A DNA stretch of 64,000 nt from Coniocarpon cinnabarinum (Eukaryota). Below are positions 60,901 to 64,000 of the stretch, in pieces (the first letter of the stretch is position 1; each line of letters opens with the position of its first letter). The notes below the pieces were generated by a model. That model did not search any database. It was not told the DNA's origin and was given only the letters and a program-made list of their open reading frames with translations. The DNA is taken from NCBI GenBank assembly GCA_051942205.1, contig JAVECO010000072.1, positions 1-64,000 on the forward strand. The letters are read 5' to 3'. Made by a program: the position numbers and the translations under genes.

Positions 60901-63900
60901 GTTCGTCAAGAGATCCATGTAAGCTGCTGACTAATGCACCAGCCACGACTTGGCAAAGTGGCTGGGCTCGGCGGAGTCTACTCCGTGACTCCTGACTTAG
61001 CTTAAGGGGGCACACCACGCGTTGAAAATATAAAGATCTCGACTGTGTCCATGTGTCTCGTTGAATATGCGAGAAACTCCCTCTTTCCGTGCCCTGATCA
61101 ACCCTGCATGATAGATATGTACCCTTCATCAACAGCTATATTCTCTTTGATGAGTGTGAAACCATTTAAACAAAGCCTCCGCGTCACTCCCTCCGCTGTC
61201 CTCTAGCTGTAATGTTACTTTCCATCTCCGCTCTATCCTGCTCCTCCTCGGCCTCGCTCCTTCGATAGTTGTGGCGCCGTCTCTTGCAACCCAAGTTAGA
61301 TGAGTGCTGGTTGGCACGCAAAAAGAATTCCTGTTCTGGTGTTGTGCCTGATGCAACTGATTGTATATTGTGATAGGCAAGTAAAAGTTTTTAAGTAAGA
61401 TCTCAAACTTTGACAAATTTTGTCATGGCTCCAGGCCAACAAGAGCAAAGGCGCCAGTTCCTGGGGTAGAAGTCGCGCCGGGATGCTCCTTGAGAGCTTT
61501 GTTGAGCTCCCACTGCAGACCTTTGACGTCCACCAAATACGAAACTGTACCGATGCTACAGTTTCTTGTGGGAGGAACGGCCGACGGCCCCAAGACCTAC
61601 ACGTGTTGAAGCCTTGAATGCGCTGGCGTCGATCTGTCTAATGATGCCATTTGCAGCTTTGAGCTGCCGCTGCTCTTGGAAATGCCCAGTCAGAGCTGAG
61701 TGCTACCTTGATTGGTCGTATGAAATCCAGTCCGATTGACACAGGAGCTCGACAATTGCGCTAGCTAGATTCCATCTTGGATCCGAGCAGGATGCGAAAC
61801 CTTTGATGTATCATCACCCAGACTGAAGACCCAGAGGAACGGAAGCTGCTCCTCATGTAAGGCCGTCCGTTCATGAGGAGTCGAAGCTTTCTTGATGGAA
61901 TAGCCACAGTCGAACTAGGGTCATTTGCATGCTCAAGTAGGTGACGGTCCCATTCCTGATGAAGTAGCCGATTTATCTTGAATTTGAGGGACTCATCGTT
62001 AGCTCTTCATTCTTGGGTCGGATCGCGCAACCACCGGAGACTCCAAGCTGACGTGGAGCTTCCAGATATTCAGAACCATGCATTGACTATTCAAGGTTGT
62101 TTCAATGATGTCGCTCATCATGTTGAGCGAGGAGTGGTTCGTGCGTGAATTGAAGGTACCGCATCCCAGGTCCCTCGACCACCAACGCCGACGCAATTGT
62201 CGTTGCACGAAAATCAGGGCTCTTTCAAAGAGCGAGAGGCCGATCGAGGACGCCGCGGTCCTCAGGAGTCCTGGTGTCGAGAAACCTGACTCCAGTTCCT
62301 GAGGCACGGGACATGCTACGAAGAGACGAGATGTCGTAAGCGATGTCGAGGTCCTCCAGGTGTAATGTCTCGTTGAATTTCAGCTCAAGGCTGTCTTTCT
62401 CAGCAGCAGCTTTTGAGGACTTCCCTGATTCTGCACGACTAATCACGCACAAGAAACGATCCGTGCAGTTAGCAAGGCTGAAGAGCTGGACTAGAGGATG
62501 ACCATCTAGAGCTAAGCGACATTTACTCTTCTCCAGGCAGTCTCAGGCTTGAGTGATGAAGAGAAATTATCGGAGTCGTTGGAGCTCGTCAAGACGCGTA
62601 CGCATATCAGTACCACTTTGGCTTCCACTTGCCAGGCTCGACGTGATCTGCGGCGCTCTAGGCGCTCATCTCATTTTTTGCTTCTCACAACAGAATTCCG
62701 AGCCTCTCATGGCTTCTCGAAACCACTTTGAGGCACGGAAAAGGTAGTTAGATGGTCTCATCGGCTCGTGAGTCGCTTTTCTAGCAAGCGATCTTCTCCT
62801 ACAGTGTAGGGTGCTGTGGATGTGTTAATTCATCCCTGCGCTGTTGTCGCCTGAGTTGGTGCTTTGGCGACTTTTTGCTGAGATGGTCTGAATTGCAGTC
62901 ACGAGAGAGCTTCGAAGATGGATTTCCGGCTGCTGGAAACGTCATGCTCTTCAGCGTAGCCACGGCCACTTCAAGCAAAAGTGTTCCTTGAGGATACTGA
63001 TGAACCTTTTTTTGTGGGAGAGTTGCGATTAGGATAGAGACGAGCGTTGAGGTTTAAAGGGCGGGATTGTCTATCGTTTCCAGAGATTACAAGGCAACAT
63101 GTAAGTGTGCAAGCAACCCTTAGACTGAGTATCTTCGAGTCCTGCGCGTCATCTCTTTGACATCAGCAGATATGTTGACAATGAAAACAGAGCGGCTATT
63201 GTGATTGTCGTCAAATTCTAAACCGGACTTGTCGACGTCAGGCATCGATGTGTCTTCTTCAGCTCCAAACTGTAGGTCTACGCCTAGAGCAGGGGAGGTA
63301 GTGTTTGCTTTGCGCCCATTGCAACACGGACAGTCCTCGCTTTCAGGCTTGACATGGTCGAGTTGAGCAATTGAGCGTCCGATCTTGTTGCCATGTTGAT
63401 TGAGGCAGGCAAGCACATTGAGAAGGTGAGGTGGTAGTATCGCTCCCGGTGTTCCTCTGCAGCGCGTCGTTGATCTGATGGCCGTAGACTCGATGGATGC
63501 ACAACTCTTCTTTGGAGAGAGAGAGCCTCGAGCGTCCCTTGCGGCTTTTCGTGGCTGGTGTTGTGGTGGTGTTGTTTGAATGTTGAGCAAAAGAAAGACC
63601 AGAGAGGGTGGGATCCGGGAGTGGTTTTAAGCGCGAGCGGGCTTAGGCAGAGGCATAGAATGCTAGACACGATAGTGCGTCCCTGAGTCAGATCATCCGA
63701 GACGCTGCCTCCACCCCGTTTTTTCGAAATTTACATTAAGCTCTTTTCGGCTATAGCGCTTCGATGTGTGTTTCTACTCAAAATCAAACTCGGCAAGGTA
63801 TAGGCCGAGAACCCTCGAAGTCTTCGTCGAGGCTGAACGAGTCAGGACGGAAGACTACCTGCCACTGAACTAAGCCTGTTGCCCTTCGCGTCATGTGCAT

Positions 63901-64000
63901 GCGACGATTTAATTTCTATTTACCGTCACCCTCGAATACTGCCATTCGATGCAGGTCGTCTCGAAATGTACACACACGACGCTTTCCAGTAAGCGAGCAC

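Noticed and set aside
55900..63670. Scattered 60-170-aa ORFs as genes or transposon remnants
   Set aside because: No transposase, RT, integrase or other motif recognised, no consistent splice model, and no terminal repeats seen.

Overview
Fungal (filamentous ascomycete) genomic DNA, judged from GT-AG introns of mostly 50-70 nt with CTRAC/CTAAC-type branch sites and from the gene families present. The window has two compartments. The first ~26 kb is gene-dense: a partial IMP2-like mitochondrial peptidase, a MARVEL membrane protein, a divergent two-gene pair, a SPO71-like PH protein, a GLTP/HET-C2 glycolipid transfer protein, a six-exon METTL16-like methyltransferase, an F-box protein, a transcription factor + bicupin dioxygenase + FAD monooxygenase cluster, and a GH18 chitinase. 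The remaining ~38 kb is gene-poor, with small duplicated orphan genes, a degenerate ~97-bp repeat array, one amidohydrolase-2 decarboxylase and long stretches I cannot assign. The best candidate for a new system is at 3014-4910. A HeLo-like effector ends in two HET-s-like amyloid repeats and an FW tail. Head-to-head with it is a small gene whose N-terminus carries a single matching repeat (R0), fused to two B-box/ZZ-like zinc fingers and not to an NLR (no NACHT/NB-ARC). All family calls are by-eye motif recognition; no database search was run.
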